This document shows positions 1-14,019 of a stretch of DNA of 64,000 nt, in pieces. Below the pieces are notes generated by a model. The model did no database searches, was not told the DNA's origin, and saw only the letters and a list, made by a program, of their open reading frames with translations. Location of the stretch: contig QPMI01000553.1 in NCBI GenBank assembly GCA_004431415.1, positions 248,001-312,000 of the forward strand, written 5' to 3'. This stretch comes from Cyanophora paradoxa CCMP329 (taxonomy: Eukaryota; Plantae; Glaucophyta). The position numbers and the translations under genes are program-made. Position 1 is the stretch's first letter, and each line of letters opens with the position of its first letter.

Positions 1-3000
1 TCGACGGCGCCATGTCCGCGGGGCTTGCGCGGCCCGCGCCGGAGCCGGCCGGGTACGAGGCGAGCGGCACGCTGTTGCTGGCGGGGCCCGCGGGGCTGCC
101 CGACGACGACAGCGGCACCACCGAGAAGTACGAGTTGGCGGCCGCGCTCGGGGTGAGGCCCTTGGGCGCGAAGGTGTTGACGCCCGACGGCGAGGCCTTG
201 GCGGTCGCGATCTGGCGGCCGTCCTGCAGGACGCCGAAGCTGCCGCGCGAAATCGCGTCAGCGCCCCGCGGCACAGCGAAAATCGGTTCGCGCGCGAAAC
301 ACGGCTGCCGCACCTCGGGACGTTGCCCAGGCCGCTCGGCGTGGTCCACGCCAGCAGCGCGCTCGGGCTGGAGCCGGAGCCCGCCGGCGTCGACGTCAGC
401 GCGATGCCGGAGCTCGGGTTGCTCGGCAGCGAGGCCGCGAGCGGAGCCGAGGCGGGGCCCGCGATGCCGTTGCTGTCGAACGGCACCACCTGCAGGGCCG
501 AGGCGCCGCCGTTGGTCGGCAGGCCCGGGACGGGGACGGAGGTCTGGTTGCCGGCGACCGAGGCCACAGGCTTGCCGTCCTTGAGGACGGTGAACGAGGC
601 GGGCGAGCCCGAGGCAGGGCGCTTCCACGAGAGGGTTGCGGAGCCGGGGCCACTGCCGTTGAAGCTGCTGAGGGCGAGGCTGGACGGGGCGAGCGGGCTC
701 GGGGCGGGCGCGTCGACGCCAGAGCCGGCGATGCCCGCGCCGGGGCCGGACGAGGGACCGTACGGAGAAGACGGATCGAAGGGCGCGCCGGCGCCAGTGC
801 CGTCATACGGACCAGGAGCTGGGCCGGAGCTGGAAATGGGGTCGTTGGAAGGGCCGAAGTTGCCGTACCGATCAACCGGTACAACCTGGTAGACGATGCC
901 GGGCTCGCTGCTCCTGGGCGAAACGTCGAACGAGGTTTGGTTGGCCGGGACGCTGCCGAGGACCTTGCCATTGCCGACAACCACGTAGCTTGCAGGGCGT
1001 CCCGCACGCGGCGGGCTCCACGAGAGGCGGCCCGACGAGCCGAAGAGGCCCGGCGAGCTCGTCAGCTGCAGGTTTGACGGCGCCATGTCCGCGGGGCTCG
1101 CGGGGCCCGCGCCGGAACCAGTGGCATACGAAGTGAGAGGCACGCTGTTGCTTGCCTGCCCGATGGGGGCCCCGCTGGCTGACAGTGGCATAATCGAGAA
1201 CAGTGAGTCCCCAGCCGCCGAGGGCGGGAGGCGCTTGAGAGTGAATGCATTCACGCCCGTCGGAGACGGCGCTGCTGTGGCGACCTTGACCCCGTCCTTC
1301 AGCACTGCAAAGCTGCAGCACGAACGGCGTCAACAATGGAATTTCTCTGTAAAACGAAAATGAGACGCGTGATCACCTCGCAAGGCTGCCCGCTCCAGAA
1401 CCGAGGACCGATGACGGGGTAGTCCATGACAGAACGGCATCCGGGTTCGTCTCAGGGCCCGACATGGTCGAAGTGAGGGCGATGCCATTCAGAGGGTCGC
1501 TGGGCAGGGTGGCGGCAAGCGGCGACGAGGCCGGGCCCGCGACGCCGTTGCTGTCGAACGGCACCACCTGCAGGGTAGTAGCACCACCAGTGTTCGGCAA
1601 GCCCGAGACAGGAATGGAGGTCTGGTTGCCGGGCACGCTTCCAATGGGCACTCCGCCCTTGAGGACGGTGTACGCCGATGGGGCCCCCTTCGCCGGCCGG
1701 GTCCACGAGAGGGTGGCGGAGCCGGGGCCGCTGCCGTTGAAGCTGCTGAGGGCGAGGTTCGACGGGGCGAGCGGGTTCGGGGGCTGTGCGCTGAGGCCAG
1801 AGCCGGCGATGCCCGCGCCGGGTGCAAGCGATGTGCTCGAAGGGCCGTACGGTGTTGCCCACGCACCAGGCGCATCACGGCCGCCGACAGCCGGCATCGA
1901 CGCAGGGCCGGTGGAGCCGAGGCGGTCGATCGGGAGCACTTGGTAGACGCTGCCGGGCTTCGCAGACACCTCGTACGCTGTTTGGTTGGCGGGGACGGTG
2001 CCGATGATCTTGCCACTCTCTGTGATGGCGTAGCTGGCCGGGTAGCCTGCCGCCGGCGGGCTCCACGCGAGTCGGCCCGACGAGCTGAACAGGCCCGGCG
2101 AGCTCGTCAGCTGCACGTTGCTGGGCGCCATGGCATTGGGAGGGGCCGGGCCCGCGCCCGAGCCGACTGGGTAGGAGAGCAGGGGCACGCGGTTGCTGGC
2201 GGGGCCGATGATGTCGCCGGCGGGCGAGACGGGCGCCACAGAAAAGAGCGACTCGGCAACGGCGCTGCTCGGCAGGTTCTTCACAGTGAATGAATTGACG
2301 CCAGAAAAAGACGGCTTGACGACGCCGATCTGGCGCCCATCCTGAAGCACGGCGTACCTGTTGAGCGTACGCATCAGTAAGTATTCTTGGGCGTCAATTG
2401 CCGGAAAAAAAGCCGAAAATAACGGCTCGCGCACCCCGGAGGGCCGCCGGCGCCGGGCTGGAGGTCGCTCGCGGGCGTGGTCCAGGCGAGGAGCGCGCTT
2501 GGGTCGCTCGGGTTGCCGATGAGCGTCGAAGTGAGTGCGATGCCGGTCATCGGGTCGCGCGGCAGGGCTGCGGCCAGCGGCAATGACGAGGGGCCGGCGT
2601 AGCCCTTCTCATCGAACGGAACTACCTGGAGAGTCGAAGGGCTGCCGTTGGTCGGCAATTCGGAGACGGGGATCGAGTTCTGGCTGCCGGGCACAGATCC
2701 GATGGGCTTGCCGTCCTTGAGGACGGTGTAGCTTCTAGGAGTGCCCTTCCGAGGCGGGCGCCAAGAGAGGGTGGCGGAGCCGGAGCCGCTGCCGTCGAAG
2801 CTGCTGAGGGCGACGTCCGATGGGGCGAACGGGCTTGGCGCAGGGCCCTCGACAGCAGAGCCGGCAATGCCGGCACCGGGGCCAGTCGTGGGACGGTAGG
2901 CGCCAGGAACGCCCATCCCGGGATCGCCGGACGCCGGCAGCGAAGCAGGACCGACGCTGCCAAAGCGGTCGATGGGGAGGACCTGGAAGACCTTGCCGCC

Positions 3001-3148
3001 GCGCGGCGCGTCGGCTGAGGTCGCGCTGCCAGAAACCGTGCCCGTGATCACGCCGTCGCTGACTATCGCGTACTTGGCCGGGCTCCCGCTGGCGGGGCGG
3101 TTCCACGAGAGCTTGCCGGACGACCCGAACAGCCCAGAACTGCTCGTC
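1..3148 (-). pseudogene. 3' part of the interrupted host gene: tandem ~1.07-kb units, each encoding three FN3-like Pro/Gly/Ser-rich domains (multi-exon; continues beyond window start)
   Basis: Repeated motifs APSNLxLxS...LSWxxP..G.P.SY.V..DG..IG.V...QT...QVVPxD..G..GPAS. Short GT-AG introns at about 238-314, 1313-1375 and 2358-2430. The reading frame joins across the 3149-18386 insertion (MAPTGLQLT|SSSGLFGSSGKLSW), matching the intact repeat QLTSSPGLFSSSGRLAW. Confidence 0.8.
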
Positions 3149-3178
3149 TATATCTGCACTTTTGGAGTATTGCAATAC
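3149..3178 (+). repeat. Left TIR TATATCTGCACTTTTGGAGTATTGCAATAC
   Basis: Exact reverse complement of 18357-18386; contains the 12-bp palindrome GTATTGCAATAC. Confidence 0.95.
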
Positions 3179-3180
3179 CT

Positions 3181-3531
3181 TCGACAGAATCTGCGACAGA
3201 ATCAGTCGATAAAATTCGACAGAATCGGTCGACCGATTCTGTCGCAGAATCAGTCGATCGACTGATTCTGTCGATCGACTGATTTTGTCGACCGATTCTG
3301 TCGCAGAGTCAGTCGATAAAATTCGACTGATTCGGTCGACCGATTCTGGCGCAGAATCAGTCGATCGACAGAGTTGGTCGATCGACTGATTTTGTCGACC
3401 GATTCTGTCGCAGAGTCAGTCGATAAAATTCGACAGAATCGGTCGACCGATTCTGTCGCAGAATCAGTCGATCGACTGATTCTGTCGATCGACTGATTTT
3501 GTCGACCGATTCTGTCGCAGAGTCTGTCGAT
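3181..3531. repeat. Left subterminal array of CGACAGAATC/GATTCTGTCG-type motifs, ~107-bp higher-order unit
   Basis: CAGAGTCAGTCGATAAAATT recurs at 3304 and 3411; the same unit occurs at 18015-18353. Confidence 0.9.
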
Positions 3532-3896
3532 CTGTTGTGTTTTTATTTTATTATACTTTCAACCTAATCTGCCGATCCATATCTTAATTATAATAAAAAA
3601 TGCTGTCTACGCGTACGTATACTGGGGTCCTGAATCCTGATCGATATATATATAATATATACTCTCTCGGGCCCAGGCCAGGCGCCTGCCCGGCTCCAGC
3701 AATCCAGCAGGCCCCGGGCGCGCCTTGTGCCCACCTGCCTCTGGTTGCTCTGCAGTCTAGAACTAGAGACCGGCGGACTGTAAATTTAGCTATAGGCAGC
3801 ACATCAACACTGAATCATGCAGCGTGGGGCCTAGCACGAGCAGGCTGAAGGGAGAGGTACTAGGGATTCACATGTAGTACTAGTAATTAACTAGTA

Positions 3897-6800
3897 AGGG
3901 CGAGTCATAAGCCGGAGGATAACGGGTGAAGTGATGCGGCCCGCACCAGGTCGTTCTGCACCTCGCCGCGCTCGCTGCGCCATGCATCGCGGTGAGCGAG
4001 AGCTCGAATCGAATGGAAAGAGGCAACGCCGGCACGCAGGCGGCTATGCATGCGCACCTCGGCGAGGAGAGGAGAGGGAGAGGAGAGCACGAAAGCGGCT
4101 CTCCTAGGGCGCCCGGCAGCCCACGACCGCGACCGCTGATGGCAAGGGCGACGCGCTCGCTGCGCTTGGAGATTCAATCGAAAGAAAAGAAGCGTCCGCG
4201 CCGGCGAACGACCGCACCTCGGCCCGAGCGGCCGAAAGCATGATCTCCGAGGCGCCCGGCAGCCCGCGACCGCGACCGCGAGGGCGAGGGCGAGGGCGAA
4301 GAGCTCGCTGCGCTCGGATCGAAAGAGAAGAAATATGCGCGACACCAAACGACCGCACCTGCGCCCGAGCGGCCGCAAGCATGAACTCCGAGGCCGATCC
4401 CAGCAGCCACCGGGCCACACGTCCGGAAAGCGGCACGCGCTGCGCTGCGCACGCCGCCGGCGTTACAACAAGATCAAAGGGCGAGCAGTGGAGACAAGAG
4501 CGAGCACCTGGCCTGCGGAAGAAGGCGCCGGGCGAACTGGGCGGTGGTGTTCTGCTCGCGGGGACCAGTCACGCCCGCTCCCTGGCCCGCCAGCGAAATG
4601 AGGGATTGAATCAAAGGAGAGGAAACGAAAAGCACCTTGCTTCGCCTCCGCAGCCGCCGCCTACGTTCCGCGCGTGCCTGTCAGCGGCAGAACGCCCACT
4701 GGCGACAGCCGCGGGAGGAATGGACAAAAAAGGCAACAAGGAGGTCGACAGCGATGCGTTCGCGAGCGTTCGCGGCCGCAACCGGGCGCCAGCCACCCTG
4801 AAGCAGCGCTCTGCGTTTGAAATCAGGCGGGCGACAGGCGGCGAGAGGCGCCAGAGGATGCAAGAGAGGACCTTCGAGCATCGTTCGCGCTGGAAGCCGA
4901 CGAAGTTCGCTGCGGCGGCAGCAAGTCCGTTCGACCTGGTTTGAAAAGCGGAATCAGAGACGCGGGCAGCGCTGCGAGACCCCGGAGGAGCCAACGAACC
5001 GAGCCGCTGTGAGAGTGAAGCGCGTCCGCGCGGCAGCCTTCAGTCGAGGCTGCAGCTGCTGGCAGCAAGGCACTTGAAGGCACTTCAAGGCAGCAAGTTT
5101 GGGGTACACGACTGTTGGGAAAAGCCTTGTGAGGCCCACAGCGGCAGGGCCGCCGCGGCGGCCGCGCCGCAGTATAGCTTTCCGAAGCCGCCTGAAGCGA
5201 TTGCCAACGGCTCGACCTGGCCCTCGGTCCGGAGCGCCTCCCGCTGCGGCACCTTCGCGCGTGCTCGCAGCACGCAGCGCGAGGCAGCTACAAGCACGTG
5301 AGCTTGTAACCATGGGTCCAGCTCCCCCCGTAGCGTCGTCCCTGCGCCGCGCCGATCCACAGCTAGATCGACCGGGCCCGCAACCCCGCGCTGGGTGACT
5401 TCGCCGTGCTGGCCGGGCTCTTAAGCTTTGCGTGGCTTTCAGCTCACTTACATCCGCAGTATCTCTACCAGACAGCCCCGCGGTCGATTTGGAGGGTTGA
5501 GGTGCACGCCGGCCGGCGGAGCTCTCTCACATGTTTCGGTTCATAGCGCGTCCCTCTAAGATGCTCACGCAGTGCCTCTGACTCTGGACTGGCCGGGCGC
5601 TGCGTGAGCGCGCGGACCGACGCAACCTCCCGATCGGCGGTCGCCTCGGGTGCGCCTACCAAGCACAGCATTTGGCCAGCGACGCGCGAGCGCGTAGCTG
5701 ACGAGGCCCAGATCGCCAGGATGGGTGAGCCGCCTCAGATCGTCGCAGTTTGGGAGACATTCTTCTACACTGCCTAGGTGAGCCGGCTGGGCCCGTGCGC
5801 GTCGCTGACAGGACGCGTACGCGTCGCTGACGGGGCGCGCCGGTAACACAGGATACCGGAAGACGCCGCGTGAAGCCCAGGGGCTGGGGTGCGGCGGGTG
5901 GCGACGCCGCTCGCGGGGCGGGGCGGATCCGGAGGCGCGGCAGGCAGCCGCGTGAATTCCAGGATAGGGCGCAGGCGCTTCCTGCGGCGCTGCAGCTCGC
6001 GGAGGCGGGCGGGCGGCCGGAGGCGCGGCGCGTGGCGGCGCGGCTCGCCGGGCGGGGCAGAGGCGCGGCGGGCGGCCGCACGGCTCGCCAGGCGGGCCGG
6101 GGGCGCGGCGGGTGGCGTCGGCGGCTCGCCGGGCGGGGCGGAGGCGCGGCGGGCGGCCGCGAGGCTCCGCTGGGCGGGGCGGAGGCGCGGCGGGCGGCGG
6201 CGAGGCTCGCCAGGTGGGCGGGGGGCGCGGCGGGCGGCGGCGCGGCTCGCGGAGCGGGATGGATCCTCGCGGGCGGCGGCGAGGCTCGCCGGGCGGGGCA
6301 GACGCTCGGCGGGCGGCCGCGCGCCTCGCGGGCCGGGGCGGAGGCGCGGCGGGCGGCGGCGCGCCTCGCTGGGCGGGGCGGAGGCGTGGCGGGCGGCGGC
6401 GGCGGCTCGCGGGGCGGGATGGAGGCGCAGCAAGCGGCGTCGGCGGCTCGCCGGGCGGGGCGGAGGCGCGGCAGGCGGCGGAGGCAGCTCGCCGGGCCGG
6501 GCGGAGGCGCAGCGGGCGGCCGCGAGGCTCCGCTGGGCGGGGCGGAGGCGCGGCGGGCGGCGGAGGCGGCTCGCGGGGCGGGACGGAGGCGCGGCGGGCG
6601 GCGGAGGCGGCTCGCGGGCGGGACGGAGGCGCGGCGGGCGGCGGCGGCGGCTCGCGGACCGGGGCAGACGCTCGGCGGGCGGCCGCGTGGCTCGCCAGGC
6701 GGGCCGGGGGCGCGGCGGGCGGCGGCGCGGCTCGCCGGGCGGGCTGGGGGCGCGGCGGGCGGCGGCGCGGCTCGCCGGGCGGGCCGGGGGCGCGGCAGGC

Positions 6801-7070
6801 GGCGGAGGCAGCTCGCCGGGCCGGGCGGAGGCTGGGCGGGCGGCGCGCGGCTCGCTGGGCGGCCAGAGGCGCGGCGCGCTGCGGCGCGACTCGCCGGGAG
6901 GGCCAGAGGGGCGGCGGGCGGCGGTGCGCAGGCGCGGCGGCCGGCTGCGCGGCTCGCGGGCAGGGCGGAGGAGTGGCGGGTGCCGGCGCGGCTCGCGGGG
7001 GCGGGGCGGAGGCGCGGCGTGCAGCGGCGCGGCCCGCCGGGCGGGGCGGAGGCGCGGCGGAGGCTCGTGG
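3897..7070 (+). repeat. Left internal inverted arm of element 1, ending in an extremely GC-rich minisatellite (~5885-7070)
   Basis: AAGGGCGAGTC...GGAGGATAACGGGTGAAG at 3897 matches the reverse complement ending at 17480; colinear with scattered substitutions and indels. Confidence 0.88.
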
Positions 7071-7126
7071 GGAAGCCTGCAGATGCTCGCTCTGTACCGT
7101 AGTACTCTTGCGTAGATCATCGGATA

Positions 7127-10100
7127 TGCACCCCGCCCATTTCGAGGGTGGGGAATCCGAATCTGAAGTTCTCGTCAGCTCGTCCGTTCTCATATGCTCA
7201 GCGCGGCGACTTCGCACTTGTTTGCACATGATCATGATCATGAGTCTCTAGCTGCCATTAAAAGAATACTGGGTTCCTGGCACATGTAAGCACCCGGAGA
7301 TGATATCAGCGCCCCACTGTGTATCTGTAGAGTATTTGACGAGAAGCTCAGGGCTCCCGGGCATTGCGGCGGGGAAGAACGACTCCCTTATAGGGTTTCT
7401 CCCGAGATCAATTTTGAGAGCCGATTCCCAGTCCGCCCGTGCCTTTCCAGCTCAGATGCCAACGGATACGAGTCATTTGATAGCGTGTTAGATAGGGCCT
7501 CAACGTGATTACCGGCTGCCGGGCTTCTATTCGCATTTCCTGGCGCGCGGGAAGGCCTCAAAATGCCCGCCAAAAATAATGGCGACTTGCCCTGCAAAAT
7601 AATGCACGGCACGCTACGAGCTAGCTTGCGGCCTGCGCCGACCTCAAAATCAAATCCAGCACTGTCAAGAACCCCCGAAAGCGTCTCATCGCCCGGATGT
7701 AACTTGTCAGATAAGATGCTATCCTTGGTGATTTCTGTCCTCGACGCCTCTTCGGGGCAAGTTGACAGTCTCGGAGAGCTCGCTTGACCTGACGCCGCTC
7801 CGTCATCTGGGTCCGCGACTGACTCCACATTTGCACCCCGCCCATTTCGAGGGTGGGGAATCCGAATCTGAAGTTCTCGTCAGCTCGTCCGTTCTCATAT
7901 GCTCAGCGCGGCGACTTCGCACTTCTTTGCACATGATCATGATCATGAGTCTCTAGCTGCCATTAAAAGAATACTGGGTTCCTGGCACATGTAAGCACCC
8001 GGAGATGATATCAGCGCCCCACTGTGTATCTGTAGAGTATTTGACGAGAAGCTCAGGGCTCCCGGGCATTGCGGCGGGGAAGAACGACTCCCTTATAGGG
8101 TTTCTCCCGAGATCAATTTTGAGAGCCGATTCCCAGTCCGCCCGTGCCTTTCCAGCTCAGATGCCAACGGATACGAGTCATTTGATAGCGTGTTAGATAG
8201 GGCCTCAACGTGATTACCGGCTGCCGGGCTTCTATTCGCATTTCCTGGCGCGCGGGAAGGCCTCAAAATGCCCGCCAAAAATAATGGCGACTTGCCCTGC
8301 AAAATAATGCACGGCACGCTACGAGCTAGCTTGCGGCCTGCGCCGACCTCAAAATCAAATCCAGCACTGTCAAGAACCCCCGAAAGCGTCTCATAGCCCG
8401 GATGTAACTTGTCAGATAAGATGCTATCCTTGGTGATTTCTGTCCTCGACGCCTCTTCGGGGCAAGTTGACAGTCTCGGAGAGCTCGCTTGACCTGACGC
8501 CGCTCCGTCATCTGGGTCCGCGACTGACTCCACATTTGCACCCCGCCCATTTCGAGGGTGGGGAATCCGAATCTGAAGTTCTCGTCAGCTCGTCCGTTCT
8601 CATATGCTCAGCGCGGCGACTTCGCACTTGTTTGCACATGATCATGATCATGAGTCTCTAGCTGCCATTAAAAGAATACTGGGTTCCTGGCACATGTAAG
8701 CACCCGGAGATGATATCAGCGCCCCACTGTGTATCTGTAGAGTATTTGACGAGAAGCTCAGGGCTCCCGGGCATTGCGGCGGGGAAGAACGACTCCCTTA
8801 TAGGGTTTCTCCCGAGATCAATTTTGAGAGCCGATTCCCAGTCCGCCCGTGCCTTTCCAGCTCAGATGCCAACGGATACGAGTCATTTGATAGCGTGTTA
8901 GATAGGGCCTCAACGTGATTACCGGCTGCCGGGCTTCTATTCGCATTTCCTGGCGCGCGGGAAGGCCTCAAAATGCCCGCCAAAAATAATGGCGACTTGC
9001 CCTGCAAAATAATGCACGGCACGCTACGAGCTAGCTTGCGGCCTGCGCCGACCTCAAAATCAAATCCAGCACTGTCAAGAACCCCCGAAAGCGTCTCATC
9101 GCCCGGATGTAACTTGTCAGATAAGATGCTATCCTTGGTGATTTCTGTCCTCGACGCCTCTTCGGGGCAAGTTGACAGTCTCGGAGAGCTCGCTTGACCT
9201 GACGCCGCTCCGTCATCTGGGTCCGCGACTGACTCCACATTTGCACCCCGCCCATTTCGAGGGTGGGGAATCCGAATCTGAAGTTCTCGTCAGCTCGTCC
9301 GTTCTCATATGCTCAGCGCGGCGACTTCGCACTTCTTTGCACATGATCATGATCATGAGTCTCTAGCTGCCATTAAAAGAATACTGGGTTCCTGGCACAT
9401 GTAAGCACCCGGAGATGATATCAGCGCCCCACTGTGTATCTGTAGAGTATTTGACGAGAAGCTCAGGGCTCCCGGGCATTGCGGCGGGGAAGAACGACTC
9501 CCTTATAGGGTTTCTCCCGAGATCAATTTTGAGAGCCGATTCCCAGTCCGCCCGTGCCTTTCCAGCTCAGATGCCAACGGATACGAGTCATTTGATAGCG
9601 TGTTAGATAGGGCCTCAACGTGATTACCGGCTGCCGGGCTTCTATTCGCATTTCCTGGCGCGCGGGAAGGCCTCAAAATGCCCGCCAAAAATAATGGCGA
9701 CTTGCCCTGCAAAATAATGCACGGCACGCTACGAGCTAGCTTGCGGCCTGCGCCGACCTCAAAATCAAATCCAGCACTGTCAAGAACCCCCGAAAGCGTC
9801 TCATAGCCCGGATGTAACTTGTCAGATAAGATGCTATCCTTGGTGATTTCTGTCCTCGACGCCTCTTCGGGGCAAGTTGACAGTCTCGGAGAGCTCGCTT
9901 GACCTGACGCCGCTCCGTCATCTGGGTCCGCGACTGACTCCACATTTGCACCCCGCCCATTTCGAGGGTGGGGAATCCGAATCTGAAGTTCTCGTCAGCT
10001 CGTCCGTTCTCATATGCTCAGCGCGGCGACTTCGCACTTCTTTGCACATGATCATGATCATGAGTCTCTAGCTGCCATTAAAAGAATACTGGGTTCCTGG

Positions 10101-13100
10101 CACATGTAAGCACCCGGAGATGATATCAGCGCCCCACTGTGTATCTGTAGAGTATTTGACGAGAAGCTCAGGGCTCCCGGGCATTGCGGCGGGGAAGAAC
10201 GACTCCCTTATAGGGTTTCTCCCGAGATCAATTTTGAGAGCCGATTCCCAGTCCGCCCGTGCCTTTCCAGCTCAGATGCCAACGGATACGAGTCATTTGA
10301 TAGCGTGTTAGATAGGGCCTCAACGTGATTACCGGCTGCCGGGCTTCTATTCGCATTTCCTGGCGCGCGGGAAGGCCTCAAAATGCCCGCCAAAAATAAT
10401 GGCGACTTGCCCTGCAAAATAATGCACGGCACGCTACGAGCTAGCTTGCGGCCTGCGCCGACCTCAAAATCAAATCCAGCACTGTCAAGAACCCCCGAAA
10501 GCGTCTCATCGCCCGGATGTAACTTGTCAGATAAGATGCTATCCTTGGTGATTTCTGTCCTCGAGGCCTCTTCGGGGCAAGTTGACAGTCTCGGAGAGCT
10601 CGCTTGACCTGACGCCGCTCCGTCATCTGGGTCCGCGACTGACTCCACATTTGCACCCCGCCCATTTCGAGGGTGGGGAATCCGAATCTGAAGTTCTCGT
10701 CAGCTCGTCCGTTCTCATATGCTCAGCGCGGCGACTTCGCACTTCTTTGCACATGATCATGATCATGAGTCTCTAGCTGCCATTAAAAGAATACTGGGTT
10801 CCTGGCACATGTAAGCACCCGGAGATGATATCAGCGCCCCACTGTGTATCTGTAGAGTATTTGACGAGAAGCTCAGGGCTCCCGGGCATTGCGGCGGGGA
10901 AGAACGACTCCCTTATAGGGTTTCTCCCGAGATCAATTTTGAGAGCCGATTCCCAGTCCGCCCGTGCCTTTCCAGCTCAGATGCCAACGGATACGAGTCA
11001 TTTGATAGCGTGTTAGATAGGGCCTCAACGTGATTACCGGCTGCCGGGCTTCTATTCGCATTTCCTGGCGCGCGGGAAGGCCTCAAAATGCCCGCCAAAA
11101 ATAATGGCGACTTGCCCTGCAAAATAATGCACGGCACGCTACGAGCTAGCTTGCGGCCTGCGCCGACCTCAAAATCAAATCCAGCACTGTCAAGAACCCC
11201 CGAAAGCGTCTCATAGCCCGGATGTAACTTGTCAGATAAGATGCTATCCTTGGTGATTTCTGTCCTCGAGGCCTCTTCGGGGCAAGTTGACAGTCTCGGA
11301 GAGCTCGCTTGACCTGACGCCGCTCCGTCATCTGGGTCCGCGACTGACTCCACATTTGCACCCCGCCCATTTCGAGGGTGGGGAATCCGAATCTGAAGTT
11401 CTCGTCAGCTCGTCCGTTCTCATATGCTCAGCGCGGCGACTTCGCACTTCTTTGCACATGATCATGATCATGAGTCTCTAGCTGCCATTAAAAGAATACT
11501 GGGTTCCTGGCACATGTAAGCACCCGGAGATGATATCAGCGCCCCACTGTGTATCTGTAGAGTATTTGACGAGAAGCTCAGGGCTCCCGGGCATTGCGGC
11601 GGGGAAGAACGACTCCCTTATAGGGTTTCTCCCGAGATCAATTTTGAGAGCCGATTCCCAGTCCGCCCGTGCCTTTCCAGCTCAGATGCCAACGGATACG
11701 AGTCATTTGATAGCGTGTTAGATAGGGCCTCAACGTGATTACCGGCTGCCGGGCTTCTATTCGCATTTCCTGGCGCGCGGGAAGGCCTCAAAATGCCCGC
11801 CAAAAATAATGGCGACTTGCCCTGCAAAATAATGCACGGCACGCTACGAGCTAGCTTGCGGCCTGCGCCGACCTCAAAATCAAATCCAGCACTGTCAAGA
11901 ACCCCCGAAAGCGTCTCATAGCCCGGATGTAACTTGTCAGATAAGATGCTATCCTTGGTGATTTCTGTCCTCGAGGCCTCTTCGGGGCAAGTTGACAGTC
12001 TCGGAGAGCTCGCTTGACCTGACGCCGCTCCGTCATCTGGGTCCGCGACTGACTCCACATTTGCACCCCGCCCATTTCGAGGGTGGGGAATCCGAATCTG
12101 AAGTTCTCGTCAGCTCGTCCGTTCTCATATGCTCAGCGCGGCGACTTCGCACTTCTTTGCACATGATCATGATCATGAGTCTCTAGCTGCCATTAAAAGA
12201 ATACTGGGTTCCTGGCACATGTAAGCACCCGGAGATGATATCAGCGCCCCACTGTGTATCTGTAGAGTATTTGACGAGAAGCTCAGGGCTCCCGGGCATT
12301 GCGGCGGGGAAGAACGACTCCCTTATAGGGTTTCTCCCGAGATCAATTTTGAGAGCCGATTCCCAGTCCGCCCGTGCCTTTCCAGCTCAGATGCCAACGG
12401 ATACGAGTCATTTGATAGCGTGTTAGATAGGGCCTCAACGTGATTACCGGCTGCCGGGCTTCTATTCGCATTTCCTGGCGCGCGGGAAGGCCTCAAAATG
12501 CCCGCCAAAAATAATGGCGACTTGCCCTGCAAAATAATGCACGGCACGCTACGAGCTAGCTTGCGGCCTGCGCCGACCTCAAAATCAAATCCAGCACTGT
12601 CAAGAACCCCCGAAAGCGTCTCATAGCCCGGATGTAACTTGTCAGATAAGATGCTATCCTTGGTGATTTCTGTCCTCGAGGCCTCTTCGGGGCAAGTTGA
12701 CAGTCTCGGAGAGCTCGCTTGACCTGACGCCGCTCCGTCATCTGGGTCCGCGACTGACTCCACATTTGCACCCCGCCCATTTCGAGGGTGGGGAATCCGA
12801 ATCTGAAGTTCTCGTCAGCTCGTCCGTTCTCATATGCTCAGCGCGGCGACTTCGCACTTCTTTGCACATGATCATGATCATGAGTCTCTAGCTGCCATTA
12901 AAAGAATACTGGGTTCCTGGCACATGTAAGCACCCGGAGATGATATCAGCGCCCCACTGTGTATCTGTAGAGTATTTGACGAGAAGCTCAGGGCTCCCGG
13001 GCATTGCGGCGGGGAAGAACGACTCCCTTATAGGGTTTCTCCCGAGATCAATTTTGAGAGCCGATTCCCAGTCCGCCCGTGCCTTTCCAGCTCAGATGCC

Positions 13101-14009
13101 AACGGATACGAGTCATTTGATAGCGTGTTAGATAGGGCCTCAACGTGATTACCGGCTGCCGGGCTTCTATTCGCATTTCCTGGCGCGCGGGAAGGCCTCA
13201 AAATGCCCGCCAAAAATAATGGCGACTTGCCCTGCAAAATAATGCACGGCACGCTACGAGCTAGCTTGCGGCCTGCGCCGACCTCAAAATCAAATCCAGC
13301 ACTGTCAAGAACCCCCGAAAGCGTCTCATAGCCCGGATGTAACTTGTCAGATAAGATGCTATCCTTGGTGATTTCTGTCCTCGAGGCCTCTTCGGGGCAA
13401 GTTGACAGTCTCGGAGAGCTCGCTTGACCTGACGCCGCTCCGTCATCTGGGTCCGCGACTGACTCCACATTTGCACCCCGCCCATTTCGAGGGTGGGGAA
13501 TCCGAATCTGAAGTTCTCGTCAGCTCGTCCGTTCTCATATGCTCAGCGCGGCGACTTCGCACTTCTTTGCACATGATCATGATCATGAGTCTCTAGCTGC
13601 CATTAAAAGAATACTGGGTTCCTGGCACATGTAAGCACCCGGAGATGATATCAGCGCCCCACTGTGTATCTGTAGAGTATTTGACGAGAAGCTCAGGGCT
13701 CCCGGGCATTGCGGCGGGGAAGAACGACTCCCTTATAGGGTTTCTCCCGAGATCAATTTTGAGAGCCGATTCCCAGTCCGCCCGTGCCTTTCCAGCTCAG
13801 ATGCCAACGGATACGAGTCATTTGATAGCGTGTTAGATAGGGCCTCAACGTGATTACCGGCTGCCGGGCTTCTATTCGCATTTCCTGGCGCGCGGGAAGG
13901 CCTCAAAATGCCCGCCAAAAATAATGGCGACTTGCCCTGCAAAATAATGCACGGCACGCTACGAGCTAGCTTGCGGCCTGCGCCGACCTCAAAATCAAAT
14001 CCAGCACTG
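7127..14009. repeat. 705-bp tandem array, 9 full copies plus one partial copy
   Basis: Unit starts (TGCACCCCGCCCATTTCGAG) at 7127, 7832, 8537, 9242, 9947, 10652, 11357, 12062, 12767 and 13472; only three variable sites seen. Confidence 0.97.
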
Positions 14010-14019
14010 AGAGCCTAGT

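Noticed and set aside
5565-7251. Long Pro/Ala/Arg/Gly ORFs in several frames (also 13966-15887)
   Set aside because: Stop-free by-product of the extremely GC-rich minisatellite; open on both strands.
7127-14009. CRISPR array, 5S rDNA or snRNA/SL array
   Set aside because: No variable spacers, and no RNA-gene sequence that I can recognise in the 705-bp unit.
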